This document shows, one piece after another, positions 1-18,187 of a stretch of DNA of 64,000 nt. The notes under the pieces are model-generated. The model was not told where the DNA came from. It saw nothing but the letters and a program-made list of their open reading frames with translations, and made no database searches. Origin of the DNA: the human T2T-CHM13v2.0 reference genome, Homo sapiens; assembly GCF_009914755.1 (NCBI RefSeq), contig NC_060930.1, one strand, 5' to 3'. Position 1 is the first letter of the stretch; each line of letters opens with the position of its first letter. Position numbers and translations under genes: made by a program.

Positions 1-240
1 GTCCTAGCGTTTGATAGGTCAGTAGGGTGACTATAGTTTACAGTAATCTGTTGTATATTTCAAATAGCTCAAATAGCTAGAAAAGAATAATTCAAATGTT
101 TCTAGCATAAAGAAAAGACAGATATTTAAGATGATGGATAGCCCAAGTACACTGACTTGATCTTTACAAGTTTTATGAATGTAATAAATTATCACATGTA
201 CTCCAAAAAAATGTACATCTATGTATCAATGAAAAATAGA
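1..240 (+). mobile_element. Old L1 (L1MA-like) 3' end
   Basis: Resembles the recalled L1MA 3' UTR consensus and ends in an A-rich tail. Confidence 0.65.
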
Positions 241-481
241 ATTATTTTTAAAAAGAAATGCAGAAAGAATCTAATCCGTAAAAGAAGGTGACTAAGAAAA
301 AGAACTAGAAACTACCTGTCCTTCTTCCATAAATACCTTCAATTTGATGGTAAAATTTCATAGTGGAAATAGAAATATGGTTTTTGGACACAGCAGAAGT
401 TTCCAAAATGGTCTTCTTTACCATCCTCTCTCTTCATCATCTCAAGTCCAAGTGGCCCTTTCCAAACAGTATAGAAAGTAG

Positions 482-848
<367 letters not shown>

Positions 849-1328
849 GCTTAGCTCTTTTTAAATGTCAGGGAACAGAGTACTTGAAAGCAAATCCTTA
901 ACACTGCTAATCAATAGGAAACAGGAAAGGCTTGGGGAAGATAAACAGTTGTATTTTATATTTATTTTTCTCCCTAATGCCAAGCATGGACCATTCATGG
1001 GGCTAGATCTGCCAGGGAGGATCCCAAGAGGATCCCTCACAGAGAGCAGGACTTTGGGGAGGACCTTATTCCATTGGCATTTTGCCCTTTTCTGAGTAGG
1101 TTTTGACTAGGTGCTCACATGAGTTCACGGTCCCATAACCTACATCTCCCAAAATACCAGGACAGAGAGGCAAGTGTGTAGTTGGAGAACAGAGGGCCAG
1201 CCTCAGCTGGAAATATAGCCCCTCCTAAGTACCTTAGCATTCAGAGGGGTTTAAGCCCCTAGGAGTAATAAGAAAGACATTTAATGTGTTACTAACTTCA
1301 CTGGAAATAAAATTGACAACTCAAGATA

Positions 1329-2864
<1,536 letters not shown>

Positions 2865-3611
2865 TACTTATGAAGCAGAAAGACAGCATCTTGCTCATTT
2901 TTGTAGCTTTGAAGCAAGAAAAAAAAATTCCCTAATTCACTCCTGCCTCAACACATGCCAGCAAAGATATATTTCCTATTCATTTGCTCTAACTACACCT
3001 ACCCAAAAAAAAGCAGAATTGAGTGTTTAATTTATGGCTTAAACAATCAAGTTATAAAGTGCTGTATAAAACTGCACAATCAGATGCATTTGAGTATAAT
3101 GTAATTGATGACCGACTCTCATCCTCTGTCCAGCCCTGTTCCTAAACAGGATGAGTCTCTTATTGGGGTACAGGATGTTGATGGGGAGTGCAACATTAGG
3201 CTGGGAGGTAATGTCTTGTAATCATCTGGGATGTTCGCAGGTTCATTTATGTGTGAACAATATAGTTTCACTATCTTTACTTTTGTGCTTATTGTGACAG
3301 TAAACATCTGCTGAAAGAAAGTTTTCCATTAACCTCAAAATTAAAGGACTCTATATTTTATGCTATTTCATTATTTGGACCTGCATTATCATATTATGGC
3401 TGGTTATACAGTGTTTTCAAATACAGAAATTATTAATATAGGCTTGCAGGATCTGTCTTGTAACCACTCCAGTGTTCCCCAACTTTCTGAGATATGAGAA
3501 GAGACTAAGATAGAAGTACCTCTCATTCAGTTTCAGATGAGGGAAAGCAGTCATATGCCTCTGTTTTGAAGGACAGCATAAAACACTCTTGTGAATTCTG
3601 TACTGGGAATC

Positions 3612-3912
3612 TTTTTTTTTTTTAAGAGAGTGGGTCTCACTCTGTTGCCCAGGCTGGAGTGAAGTAGTACAATCATAGCTAACTGTACCGTTGAACTCCT
3701 GGGCTGAAGCTATTCTCCCTCTTCAGCCTCCTGAGTAGCTTGAATGACTACAGGCATACACACTACCATGCCTGGCTTTTTTTATTTTTATTAATATTAT
3801 TATTTGTAGAGACAGGGTTGCCCAGGCTCATATCAAACTCCTGGCCTTAAGCAATCCTCCTGCCCCAGCCTCCCAAAGTGCGGGATTAAAGGAATGAACC
3901 ACCATGCCCAGC
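3612..3912 (-). mobile_element. AluJ
   Basis: Diverged Alu dimer with TSD tgtactggga. Confidence 0.85.
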
Positions 3913-4176
3913 TGTACTGGGACTCCTGATAAAGTTTGTTATTCAATATTTCCTTTGGGGAGCTAACATCTGGGCATCTCCCAGGGCTCTATAATGATGG
4001 CTGGTGGCTTCAGTTTTGTCAGCCACCCAGCCTGTATATGAGTCCTCTATTCCACCTGACCTTTCCACATCCCTTACACAACCCCCTTGAATTTCCAGGG
4101 TCTGTATATTTCCAAGGCTCCTTTGGGTGTGGCCTGGCCCAGCACATGGCCATGGTGACCACATTGCTCAAAATCA

Positions 4177-5108
<932 letters not shown>

Positions 5109-5229
5109 TTAAAGTTCTTGGCACATAATTAGATTTCTCTAAAAAAAAAAAAAAAACTCTTATTACTATCAATCATCATTATTGTCCTGGAGTAAAGAAT
5201 TGGAAGCCATCAGGGAAAGTTTTCCCAGC

Positions 5230-5670
5230 TGTATTCATTTCTTGGGCTGCCATCCCAAATTACCACAAATCAGGTGGCTTGAAAGCACAGAAGTGTATTA
5301 TCTCACAGTACGGGAGTCCAGAAGTCTGAAATCATGGGCTCATTATGGTTGCTTCCTTCTGGAAGCTCTGTGGGAGAAACCATCCCCTGCCTCTCTCCTA
5401 ACGATTGGTGGGGGCCAACAATCCCTGGTGTTCCTTAGCTTGTAGATGCATTACTCCAGTCTCTGCTTCCATCTTCTCTGTGTCCCTATGTCTTTGCCTT
5501 TTCTGTTTCATAAAGACATTTTTGCTGCATTTAGGGTCCCCGCCTAATCCAGTGTGATCTCATTTTGAACCTTACATAATTACATCTGCAAGACCTTTAT
5601 TCCAACTAAGGTCATATTCCGATGTTCCACGTGGACATAAATCTTGGGGTGACTCTATTCATCCTACTAC
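5230..5670. mobile_element. MLT1-type MaLR solo LTR
   Basis: Typical MLT1 motifs (caaattaccacaaa..ggtggctt, catctgcaagaccttt). Confidence 0.65.
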
Positions 5671-6280
5671 AGCAACTAAGAGCAGGTTACAATAAAATCA
5701 GAGAAACCATGAACAATTCCTGGAAAGAATGTCATCAAACCATGGGCACGATGTTTATGGGCTAAAAAGACTGTGTTGTGTGGGTGGTCAATCCAGCAAA
5801 CTGGCTACCCTGAAGGTCATCACTGAGTCAGAACCAACTGTCAAACACAGAGTTAATCAATGTACTCTCATTCCAACTGGGGCAAATTTCTCTGGAGAAA
5901 ACATGTATCTGACAGGAGCAGGCTGTACACATCAGGCAACACACACGTGTAGTGAGCTCTTTGCCCTGTCTCTCCTGACATATTGTAGTCACAATTTAAC
6001 CCCAAACTCGTTCTGATACTGCGTAATGCAATGCAAAGGGCATGGGCTTTGGAGCCTCAGGGAACTGGATTCTAATGTCAGCCTCTGCAACTTACTAGCT
6101 CCGCTTGCCACCTTCATGGCCTCAGATGAGGTACTTACCCTCTCCAAGCCTTAATTTCTGCATCTGAAAATTGGTCATAATACCACTAACAACTTGTAAA
6201 GTTGCTCTAAGTATGAAAATTAATATATGCAGAAGCTGCACCTAAGTACCTGGTGTAAATTTCAATGAGCAGTTGCTATT

Positions 6281-6620
6281 TGTCTTAGTCTATTTGCACT
6301 ACTATAAAAAATGCCTGAGACTGGATAACCAATAAAGACTAGAAATTTATTTCTCACGGTTCTGAAGGTTGGAAGTTCAAGATGGCACCTTGCTACTGAG
6401 TCTCCCAGAAGAGACAAATGCTATGTCCTCACATGGTAGAAAGACCAGAGGGTAGGAGGGCCTACCTAGTTCACTCCAGCCCTTCTATAAGGTCGCTAAT
6501 CCCATTCATGAGGGCTCCACCCTCATAAATGAATCACCTTCTAAAGTTCCCACATCTTAATACTATCACACTGGTGATTAAGTTTCAACATATGAATACA
6601 GGAAGACAAATTTCAAAAAA
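6281..6620. mobile_element. MLT1A-type MaLR LTR, adjacent to a MIR (~6020-6280)
   Basis: tgtcttagtc...aagtttcaacatatgaat is typical of MLT1A; a MIR core lies upstream. Confidence 0.65.
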
Positions 6621-7051
6621 TAACACTATTATTATCATTATTGTGAGGTAGTAGTTTCATCTCTCTCCTACTAGGCTTAAAGGCAAGAAAGCCAAAGGGA
6701 CCTTGAAGAAGAGCTGTGAAGATCCATGTGTCTACATGTATCTCATCATCTCTTCCCGCACCACCGCCTGCATTACAGCACAAAAGTAAACTGCATAAAC
6801 ACACAGTAAATATTCATTGATGTAAATGACACACAAACTGCATTACAAATATAAGCACTGCCTCAATGAATGAACCTCCAATAGCCTTTCAAAATTTGGA
6901 GCCCAACCAGGACAGCCCATGGCAAAGTCTTTTCCTTTCATGACTTAGCAAATGAACACTGCACAGAGCAAAGGCAACACAAAGTAGTATTAGTCCTCTA
7001 GTGTATGTCAACATTTAGAGAGGCTTGGACCATATAAAAATGGTATTTGGA

Positions 7052-7353
7052 GGCCAGGAGCAATGGCTCACCCCTGTAATCCCAGCACTTAGGGAGGCCA
7101 AGGCAGACGGGTCACTTGAGGCCAGTAGTTTGAGACCAGCCTGGCCAACATGGTGAAACCCCGTCTCTACTAAAAATACAAAAATTGGCTGAGTGTGGTG
7201 GTGCGGTCCTGTAATCCCAGCTACTTGCAGGGCTGAGGCATGAGAATTGCTTGAACCCAATAGGGGTGGTGGTTACAGGGTTACAGTGAGCCAGATCGCA
7301 CCACTGCACTCCAGCCTGAGCGACAAAACAAGACTTTTTCTCAAAAAAAAAAA
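7052..7353 (+). mobile_element. AluS
   Basis: Dimer with TSD ggtatttggaggcca. Confidence 0.9.
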
Positions 7354-8250
7354 GGTATTTGGAGGCCACATAACTCCTCTTTCATGAGAGCATTTTTATT
7401 ACTTTACTTTGTATTGCCAAAGTAATACATGTTCATTGGAGAAATGTTAGAAAATACAGGCAAGCAAAAACAATAAAATCATTCTTAATTTCAGATATGC
7501 AGAGAGTTTTTTTCTTTAACAATATACTGTGACACTTTCCCAGTCATTAGTCTTCAACATCATTTTTTAAAGTTGTCTAATATTCCATTATATAAACCTA
7601 CCAATATTCATTTGACCTATCCTCCATCACAGGAATTTTAACTTCATTCTAATATTTTGTTACTGAAAACAGAAATGCAATGAAATGAGCTTATTCCTTA
7701 TTTGCTTTACAAATTCATAATAATTTGGCATTTATTATAACCCTGCTGCCTTCCCCAAACATTTGCAATTAACCCAAAAGTAAATTTCCTTGGTTTACGA
7801 AAAACTGATTTTTTATCCAGTCTGAAAATCTGCCCTCAGCTTTGGCTGTATGATCTGAAGCAAGCTCTTTCCTGGCTGCCTGTATCCAGTAACTAATAAG
7901 TAGTCAGCATTCTTGGCTCCGGCTACTTAGCTTACTTGTTCAGGACATAAGGCTAATGGGGTCAGTGTCATGGGATATGAGCTTGATATATACAGGCCAG
8001 TTAGTTACAAGTCCAAAAACTATTTCTGTAACTCCAGACAGCTGTCACTTAAAAGCTGGCTGTTAGTTTCCAAGGAACTGGGCAAAAGAGCATAGGTGGA
8101 TCAACACAAATCCATCACCAGTACTGGAAAGATAATGTGTCGATAGCTTCATCTTGCCCGTAGAAAACAGTTCAGAAAAGTATTCATATTTAAAACTGGG
8201 GAGGCTGTAGAAAAAGAAGAAAGAATAATATTGGCAAGACAATTGGCTGA

Positions 8251-8532
<282 letters not shown>

Positions 8533-9051
8533 TAATTGAATTACTATGTTGCTAAGTTCTTTTTCTGCAGGTAAATATCCTGGAATAACCACTTTCCCTT
8601 TCCTATTCATCCATATGCCTATTGAATTGTGAAATATTTGTTTCTTAATACAAAATTCTGCTGTGTTCAACACAAAGAGTTATAAAACGTGGGTGGGATT
8701 TGAAAAGCCAGGTCATATTAGAGAGATTACACGAGTCTTGGCTTGTCGTGTGTATTTGCTACTTTAAGGACATTTAGTTTATTGATGCAATTGGATTTTT
8801 TAATTATTTTTATGACTTGCTCCAATCTGTATTCTGTACAGAATTGTATATCAAAGAAAAGGCCTTGTAGGTTATTTCAAAATGGGTTGAGTTCTGAAAA
8901 TGGGAAACCTAAAGTATTTTGCAGTGACTTAGTCTTATTATCTGAAATGTAATTGTTAAAGGCTGATCTTAATTTGCTTCCTCTACTGATGGCAGAGAGC
9001 TAAGAGAGTATACCTAGCAACTTAAATTTACCTTTTCCATGACCTTTCCCA

Positions 9052-9052
<1 letters not shown>

Positions 9053-9090
<38 letters not shown>
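9053..9090. repeat. (CA)n microsatellite
   Basis: About 19 CA units. Confidence 0.97.
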
Positions 9091-9094
<4 letters not shown>

Positions 9095-9144
9095 ATCAAG
9101 ATCTGGACTAGATGAATTGCTGCATGCTCAGCTGGCCCAGTTTA

Positions 9145-9610
<466 letters not shown>

Positions 9611-10131
9611 TCACATGTTTGGTCTAATCTTGAATGTTAGCATGATTGATTACTTACTTCTGTTTTTAGTTGGTCATTTGGCATCATGTTAGACATTGAT
9701 TTGCCCTATAGCTGAGAGTCACTGGGAAAGCAGAAATGAGTTCTAAAGATTTTCATAAATGTTTGTGGGGGCAAAGAAAATCATGGTGTGATGAAACTCC
9801 AGAAGATGTTTAAACACTATCTGTAGCAGCAGCCTAAAAAAAAACAAAAGTTCAGTTACTTCTCAATGGAACCCTCAAGTCACAAACCCTATGGGTGGAG
9901 AGATTATACCTTCCTATCTGGCCTGGACAGTCCAGATTATGCCTCTAGTCTCATCATAAGTGTTAATAATGCTCCCATCTTTCTCAAAGTATCCCAGTTT
10001 GGACAATCAATTATATGGTCACCCTATCTCTAGTGAACCTAGAAGTCTTGGGTGATGTATAAGCCCAGATAACCCAGAATATGTAGTGAAATGATGTCTG
10101 AAGCCTTCAGTTAAAGGGATAGAGGATTTAG

Positions 10132-10352
10132 AACTGCACTGTCCAATATGATAACCACTGGCTACTTGAGGCTACTGAGGCTATTTAAATTTGAATTAAT
10201 TAAAATGAAATACATTTTAAAATTTAGTGGATCAGTCGCACCATTCATATTTCAACTGTTCGATAGCCACAGGTGGCCAGTGGCTACTTCATTAGACAAA
10301 GAAACGAAAGATTTCCCATGTCACAGAAAATTTTATTGAACATTACTGGTCT
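10132..10352. mobile_element. MER3-like hAT-Charlie MITE
   Basis: ctgtccaata...tattgaaca termini and an internal tagccaca..gtggcta motif. Confidence 0.65.
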
Positions 10353-13300
10353 AGAAGTCACCTTGAAATTTTTCACATGTTGAGTATATCCATAAAAGAC
10401 CCTAAAGTAAAGGTGGGACAATTCAGTCCACGAATTAATCTGACTTGCAACAAGTATGGAAAATCTTATCTAGTGAGAGCAGATTAGGCTTCCTAAAAGT
10501 CATACTTAACCCAGTTTATGTCATTTCCCAAGACCTTCTGAAGCTTTCTGCTTTTGCTTTACAACCTATAAAAAGGATTGTGAGCTGCAAGAAAGAAAAT
10601 GAAATAGGTTTATTCTGCTAGCTAAGCACTTCAGCAACAGCTTAAGATTTACTTTGTTATTCTTCTTGAAACTTGACTGATTTTTGTGAAGTCTTTGCAG
10701 AATTCCCTTGCTTTTCAGAATTCTTTCTTGGTTCTTATTTTTAATGGAACTTTACTATTTACATGTCTATCTTTTTGTGGATTCTTGACATTTTCTGCTT
10801 GCTGCATTGTGGTACCTGAGGGGGATGTTTTTCTCCTCCATATCCTGATTCTGCCTAGTGGTTTTTCATCACTTCTAAATTCCATTTCAAATTAACAGAT
10901 TGTGTCGCTTGAACCCAGGAGGCAGATGCTGCGGTGAGCCAAGATTGTGCCACTGCACTTCACCCTGGGCAACAGAACAAGACTCTGTCTCAAAAATAAA
11001 AATAAAAATAAAGAGAATACAATTAAATTAACAGATTCTGTAAAAACCTAATAGATACACTCAATAGCTTAATAACCTAATTGAAAATATTTTACTCATG
11101 GTGTACTTAATTTCTAAAGATACATAATTTAAAAACCAACTAATACAATTAGCAGCTCTAAAAAGAAGTTTGCAGGTATAAGTCCTAAATCTTATGCAGA
11201 AGGGTTCTTTTCCTAAGGTGTTTAATTATGTTCGTAAGTTCAACATCAGTTGCCGGAGGGTTTTTGCCAGAACATGCCCACCTCTTGCAGCTCCCCTGAA
11301 GCAGTATGTATATGTATATTACAGATTGCAGGTGTGAAACATCTATTATTCATCTCAAAATAGTAACTTTGGGCATTTTTCTTGTTATTTTTTAATTGTT
11401 AGAATATTTAATACGAATATTTAAATATGCCTTTTGTATTTCAGTAACTCTTGCAATAGTAGTTTTTCCTAGCAGCCAAATTAAAATGTGTAACAAAAAA
11501 TATGTATTCTACTGCAAGGATGACAGTATGGAAAATAATATTACTACCTTCACAAAGAGCAAAGTAAGAGTTCTTATTTTCAGTTATCAATATTTTTTAA
11601 ACATCTGCCATTTTCTAGAGATGACTAAGGACACTCTCTGAATTTGTCTGGATTCTATTATCCAAATGCACTCTGACACTTTTTAAAAAATAAATAATGT
11701 CACTGTTCATGGTACATAGTAAAGAATTACTATTCTTAGACTATTTCCAAAATATGTCTTTTACTCAGAAGAAAACTTAGTTTTGTATATTTCTTCCAGA
11801 ATTATCATAGATTTTTCTCAAAATATTATTTCAGGGAAATGCAAAAATGTGCTGGAAATGTGTTTTCAAACTCACCTTTAGGAGTGAAGATTGTACTTAT
11901 TTTTAACAAAAGCCCCATATTTTAGTGATTCAGTTCAAACAATGTTAAGTTTCTTTTTATCCACTCATAGAAATTAGTTCCTAAATGGAAAGATAAAATT
12001 AGCAGGAAAGTAAACAAACAAATGGATAGACTCTAGAGGATTCTACACACTCACATATACCTATTTCGTAGTAGATCACCCATTTTTCTATCACTGTCTT
12101 AAAAATATAGCCCATAAATTACCTAGATATGTTCCTTCAAAATGTCAAGTATCTGGCTAATTGGGACTATCTGAAGGTAACAGACTATTACTTTTCATGC
12201 TAGTACTTGGCTTTGTAGTCATTACATATATATACATGAATCTTGGGCAAAGTTTTACACAAAAATTAATATATGCTGTTTAAATTTAAAATAACAGGGC
12301 AGGCATGGTGGCTTATACCTGTAAACCCAGCAGTTTGGGAGGCTGAGTTGGGCAGATCACTTTAGCTCAGGAATTCAAGACCAGCCTGGGCAACATGGTG
12401 AAACCCTGTCTCTAAAGGGAAAAAAAAAAAAGAATGACACTAAAATAACAAATATTTGAAAGTCATATACAACTGCATATTTATGGAAGAGCCCCAGAAT
12501 AATAACTTTTTTAAATATAACAGAAATTGTATTTATGTACTGAACAGGCAGGTAATTTATCAGATATGCACACCAATGCAACGTATAAGTACTGTGTAAA
12601 GGATTCACCATTTGGGGAAAGAGCTTTGTTAAAACAGTGCAATGCAAAGCTTACCTGCTTCTTACCGGTATTGTTTTCAATGAATTACTACATCTAGGAT
12701 CAAGGCTACTCTTTTTTTTTTTTTTCAATTTTTAAAACTATTTCAACAGATATAAAATTATCCTGTCAAATTGCTATTAAAAGTTTCTAAGCACTAATCT
12801 CTTCATGGATTGGTACCCAAGAGTTGGTGAAGCAGCTCTGGTCCTCAGATCACACTTTTAAGGCCACTCTTAATAAGATCCTCAGTGACAGTTGTTTTCC
12901 TGTCCGTTTGTTTTATACAACCATGTTTTATGTCAGTTGTCAAGAACTGAATCAAAATACTGTGAAACCTGTTCTTTTTGTGAATATCAACAAAACCACT
13001 GATGCAGATTATTCATTATTCTGAAGAGAAATGACCAAGACGCTATCGATTGTGCCTTGCTCTTACCGTCTCTTACTATCTCCGTGCAATAATGGTCATG
13101 CCTGCTATGTTTCACTTTATGAAACCTTTTCTTTCCCAGGCCAGACTAGCCTTTTAGAGAATCAAATGAATACATGAATAAGGTCCAGGGTGAAAACTCA
13201 AAGAAGTCTTTAGTTGAAGCTGACAAACGACTTTACACTGGTACCATTGGCTAATTCTATCCCCTCCTCCCACCCTCCCTGAAGCTGCTAGGGAGAGGTA

Positions 13301-13784
13301 GTCCAAGAAACAGGACAGCCTCTGTACATCCTTGAGCAACTCATATTCCCTCTTCAAGCCTCTGTTTCCTCACTGGCAAACTGGGGATGGTAATGGTATT
13401 GACCTCATAGGGTTGTAGTAAGGAATGAATAAATGAATAAACATTTGCAAAGCACTTAGAACGGTATACACGGTCAGCACTATGTAAATGCTAATATTAT
13501 TACCCTTGAGTTGTCTGGACTCCTTATGCCTTCCAGCATGCTGCCTCCACTGCCCGTCCTCTGCTCTGGGTCAGTCTTTTCCTTTCTGAGCTCCACCCGC
13601 TTCCATGATGAGTCACATGAGAAGAGCACTTTGTTCTGTCTTTGAATCAGGGTGCTCCCATCTTCCAAAACATACACAGCCTCACCTGCTTGCATCTCCT
13701 TCACCTGGAAGCACTTGCCATTTTCCCCTTGAAGTTACCTTCCCACTACCTGGACTGAGAAATTACTCAGAGTTGGAAGAGCAG

Positions 13785-14080
<296 letters not shown>

Positions 14081-14765
14081 TAGAAGAGCAATTTTTTCAA
14101 CCATGAAGAGCAATCATGAGCCAATGTTCCAAGTAAATCTCACCTCTTTTCTCCTCAGGGTGAGCTTGCTGCCTTCCCAGGCACCCTCTGAAGAAGCAAC
14201 AGGATAATGAAAGGGAGAAGTTAGCTCTTCCCTCTCCCTCCCTGACCCTTGTCGAAGCCTGACTATAGACTCTTTAAAACTCTTCCCAGCGTTCAGTGCA
14301 TGCATTTGAAAAATAGGTCTTGAGCTTCAACTGTGCACCAGGCACAGAGATAAACGTTAACAAAAAAGATGGATCCCTGCTTAGAGTTGTGAGGAACTAC
14401 CAGAAAAGTAGAGTCAATTACAATGCAGAGCAGCATATTACTACAGTGACAGGACGGTTTGGGCCAACCTATATCGGCACTTTTGGGGAAGGTGGCATTT
14501 GGGAAGACTCTAAAAGAAAGAAAAGAAGAAATCTGGTAGATATGTAGGAACTAGCCAGGTTACTAAGGAGGATATAGAGGCTGGGCAGAGAGAACTGCAA
14601 TTGCAAAGAAGCAGAAGTGAAGGTGGCATTAGAAAGCACGGGTGATGGTTGAAGGTGGAGGACAAGGATGAGGAGAGTAAGGCTGAAGAGAAGAGCAGGA
14701 ACCATAAGAATGAGCAGGAATGTGGGGGATTCTAAGTACAGAAATGAATTTATCAGATCAGTGCA

Positions 14766-15152
14766 TGATATGGTTTGGATCTGTGTCCTTGCCCAAATCT
14801 CATGTCAAACTGTAATCCCCAATGTCAGAGGAGGAGCCTGGTGGGAGGTGATTGGATCATGGGGGCGGATTTCCCCCTTGCTGTTCTCATAATAGCAAGT
14901 GAGTTCTCATGAGATTGGTGGTTTAAAAGTGTGTAGCACCTCCCTCCCGCTTCTCTCTTTCTTCCTGCTGCTCCGGCCACATAAGAAGCCTGCTTCCCTT
15001 TTGCCGTCCGCCATGATTTTAAGTTCCCTGATGCCTCCCCAGTCGTGCTTCCTGCACAGCCTGCAGAACCATGAGCCAATGAAACCTCTTTTATTTATAA
15101 ATTTTTCAGTCTCGGGTATTTCTTTACAGCAGTGCAAGAATGGACTAACGCA
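14766..15152 (+). mobile_element. MSTA-like MaLR solo LTR
   Basis: tgatatggtttggatctgtgtc...ggactaacgca, with 5-bp TSD gtgc(a/t). Confidence 0.85.
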
Positions 15153-17768
15153 GTGCTTCATTTGAAAACTTGGAAAGATGACTCTGATTGCAATGTAAGG
15201 AATGTATTGGGAAGAGAGAACTATTATTACAATACCTGGATCTGCTGGGGCCTGAGCTGGGCAGTCATGATGGAGAATAGTCAAGGATGGATTTCAGATA
15301 GGATTTGGATATTTACTGATTGGAGAGGATGGAGGGAAAGAACAGGAGGAATCAAGGATGGCATATCTGGAGGATGGTGAGACAGGCTGGCTTGAGGGGA
15401 GATGGTGCATTATTGTGAGTGTTGAGTTCAAGCAGTCACAGTAGGGCTCAGCAGGTAGGTGGATCTCTGGATCTGACACCCAGGAGAGCAGTCTGGAATA
15501 TGGACAAATTTGGTAGCTGTCAGCACAGAGATAAATGGTTTGTGGAAGTCTCACCCCAGGGAGTAAAAAGAGAAGATGGTCAACACAGAAGTCTAAGGCT
15601 CACAAACAGGAGCTGCAAAAGTAAGAATGCTCTGAAGGAGATAGATTCAAACAGCCAGACAGATGGAAAACCAGGAGAGCGTGACAGAAGAGAAGCCAGA
15701 GGAAGAAAGTGTTTCAAGTAGGAGGCAGATGTCAACGCTGTTAAATGCTGCTAAGAGGTCAAAGAAGATAAAGAGTGAGAAGGTCCTTTGAAAGTGGCAA
15801 CAAGGAGGTCATCTGTGACTTCGGAGAAAAATTCAGTAGAAGGAAAAGGGTTTGAAGCCAGATGGTAAATAGAACACTTTTTTAAATTACCAGAATCTCT
15901 CACTCTAATATGAACATAGATGAAGTGTCAAGAATTTCTTTGTAACTAGCAAAGGCTCATCAACTCTTCTAAAATAGCTCAGATCTGATCAGTGAACTGA
16001 AGAACCACTAATGACATTTCAGAGTTCCTGAGGTGGATATGCAAATCAGGCCTCACTGTTACCCTGGGTTGGGTGATAAAGTTTTTCAGTTTTCTTGCCC
16101 CTGTGTTATTCCTGTTCTGAAAGGCATGTATGGGACCATTATCTTGACCATCCCTAAAATGCAATCTCAGCTGTGAATCCTTCTTGCATCTCACTTCATA
16201 TTTCAGGCAAGAATACTCCGCAAGTAAAGAAGAGGCACGTGTTTGCCATTGCGGGTTTTGTTAAATCTACAAGCTGTTTAATCATCACCAGTTCTTAATT
16301 TTGCTGATGGCATCTCTGCTATTTTAGCAGAGGTGATGAGTCTTTGTTTGCAAGTCACTATTAAGACATTCTTGACAGCCAATCTATGACATGTTACAGT
16401 AAAGGACGCTGCTAAAGAACATTTTATGGATCATTTAGCACATATCTTTAAAATCAGCTAATATACTCCCTGGAATGTTGTTTTTGCTTGTTTTTGTTTT
16501 GAAGGTAATTAGTTGTGGCTACATTTGCTCCGAGGCTGTGTTAAAGTAGTGTTTTCACTGAAGATGCACTTACTTTGTAGCATGTGAGATATTAAACCTT
16601 TTCTTTGGCTATAATTTAAACTGAGTTTTCTATTATTTGCTAAAAATATAGAATCTCCTATTCCATGTTAAAAATATTTTAAAGTAGTCAACATGTATAG
16701 TCAATTTATTTATTTACTTATTCATTTCACACTTTATTATTTGGTTTTTTTTTTTACACTTTAAAATTTATGCAAGATTTTACACTCCTAGGAACACAAA
16801 ATCCCCAAATTTAGTCGCCATATCAATGCTTACAAATTCCTGGCAGGAAAGACTTCTTCGGATCTGGAAGTTCTTGCTTGGGTTTTACTACTCTTATACC
16901 CTTAAAAGAAAATCCAACAAAAATCTACAGGAGGGGCCAGGTGCAGTGGCTCATGCCTATAATTTCAACACTTTGGGAGGCTGAGCTGGGAGGATGGCTT
17001 GAGCCCAGGAGTTTGAAACCAGCCTGGGAAACATAGCAAGACCCATCTCTACAAACATTAAAAAAAAACAAAAACTCTGCAGGAGAGCCTACTAGATCCT
17101 GCATATAAAGGACAATAATGGCAAGCATTAGGAGAACAAGTCTACTCTCAGTGGTGGAAACAGTGTGGCCACAGAATGTCTGAATGTCCTAAGTGAGCCA
17201 AATGGAATATCTGCTTGCCCCTACAGTGAGAATATCAGACAGACTGTACACACGTGGAGCTAATTTACATTTCTCTATCAAGAGTTAAAACCAAGAAAAT
17301 GAGACAGATCAGTGCATCCAGGGACTCCTGGGGTTCCTTGGTCTTGTCTAGTAACCCGATCTAAGATGAAAGAAGAGTAGAGGAATCTTAGATATATAAT
17401 TTTATAACTTGCTTTGCAGATTATAAAACTGTCAGAGTTTAAATACTGTAAACACAAATACAAATCTATATTGTTGAATTATGTTTATGTATTAACAAGA
17501 AAACAACATTAAAAAGTATTCTAAATAACTAACACATATGCCTTCAATAGTGACCCAAATTATCAAGCTCTGCAGCCCTAGTTGTCTGCTGGATTTGTCC
17601 CGTGATCAATTTCGAGTGAGGGCTGCCTCAGGGGAAATTCTGTGATCAAAAGGCTCTGGGTCACCTGAAGGATGAGCCTTGGGGTCCGTGCTTTTAAGAC
17701 AGATAAATGCTGTATTTCTCATGGAGAGTCAGAAATCAGAAGATAGAATTTTCCAAACTGGAAGAGGG

Positions 17769-18187
17769 AGTATTTCAGTCTGTTTTCTGATGTTTATAAC
17801 AATATCTGAAACTGAGTAATTTATAAGGATGAATTTATTTCTTACAGTTATGGAGGCTGGGAGGTCCAAGGTGGGCAGGTGTATCTGGTGAGGGCCTTCT
17901 TGTTGGTGGGGACTCTCTGTGGCACCCTGAGGCAGCACAGGGCATCACATAGCAAGCAGAGTGAGCATGCTAAGTGCTAACTTAGGTCTCTCTTCCACTT
18001 CTTATAAAACCACCAGTTCCTCTCTCATGATAACTCATTAATCCATTAACCCATTAATCCATAATTTATTCATACAGCCAGAGTCCTCATGATCTAATCA
18101 CCTCTTAAAAGTTCCACCCCTCAATACTGCCACATTAGGCATAAAATTTCAACATGAATTTCGGAGGGGGCATTCAAACCATAACAG
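17769..18187 (-). mobile_element. MST/MLT1A-type MaLR LTR
   Basis: Reverse-oriented MaLR LTR motifs (cattcaaaccataaca, atctaatcacctcttaaa). Confidence 0.7.

Noticed and set aside
16311-16335. Hairpin catctctgcta-ttt-tagcagaggtg in a repeat-poor intronic stretch
   Set aside because: An 11-bp stem is too short for a pre-miRNA and plausible by chance; the MEF2-like core is one base short.
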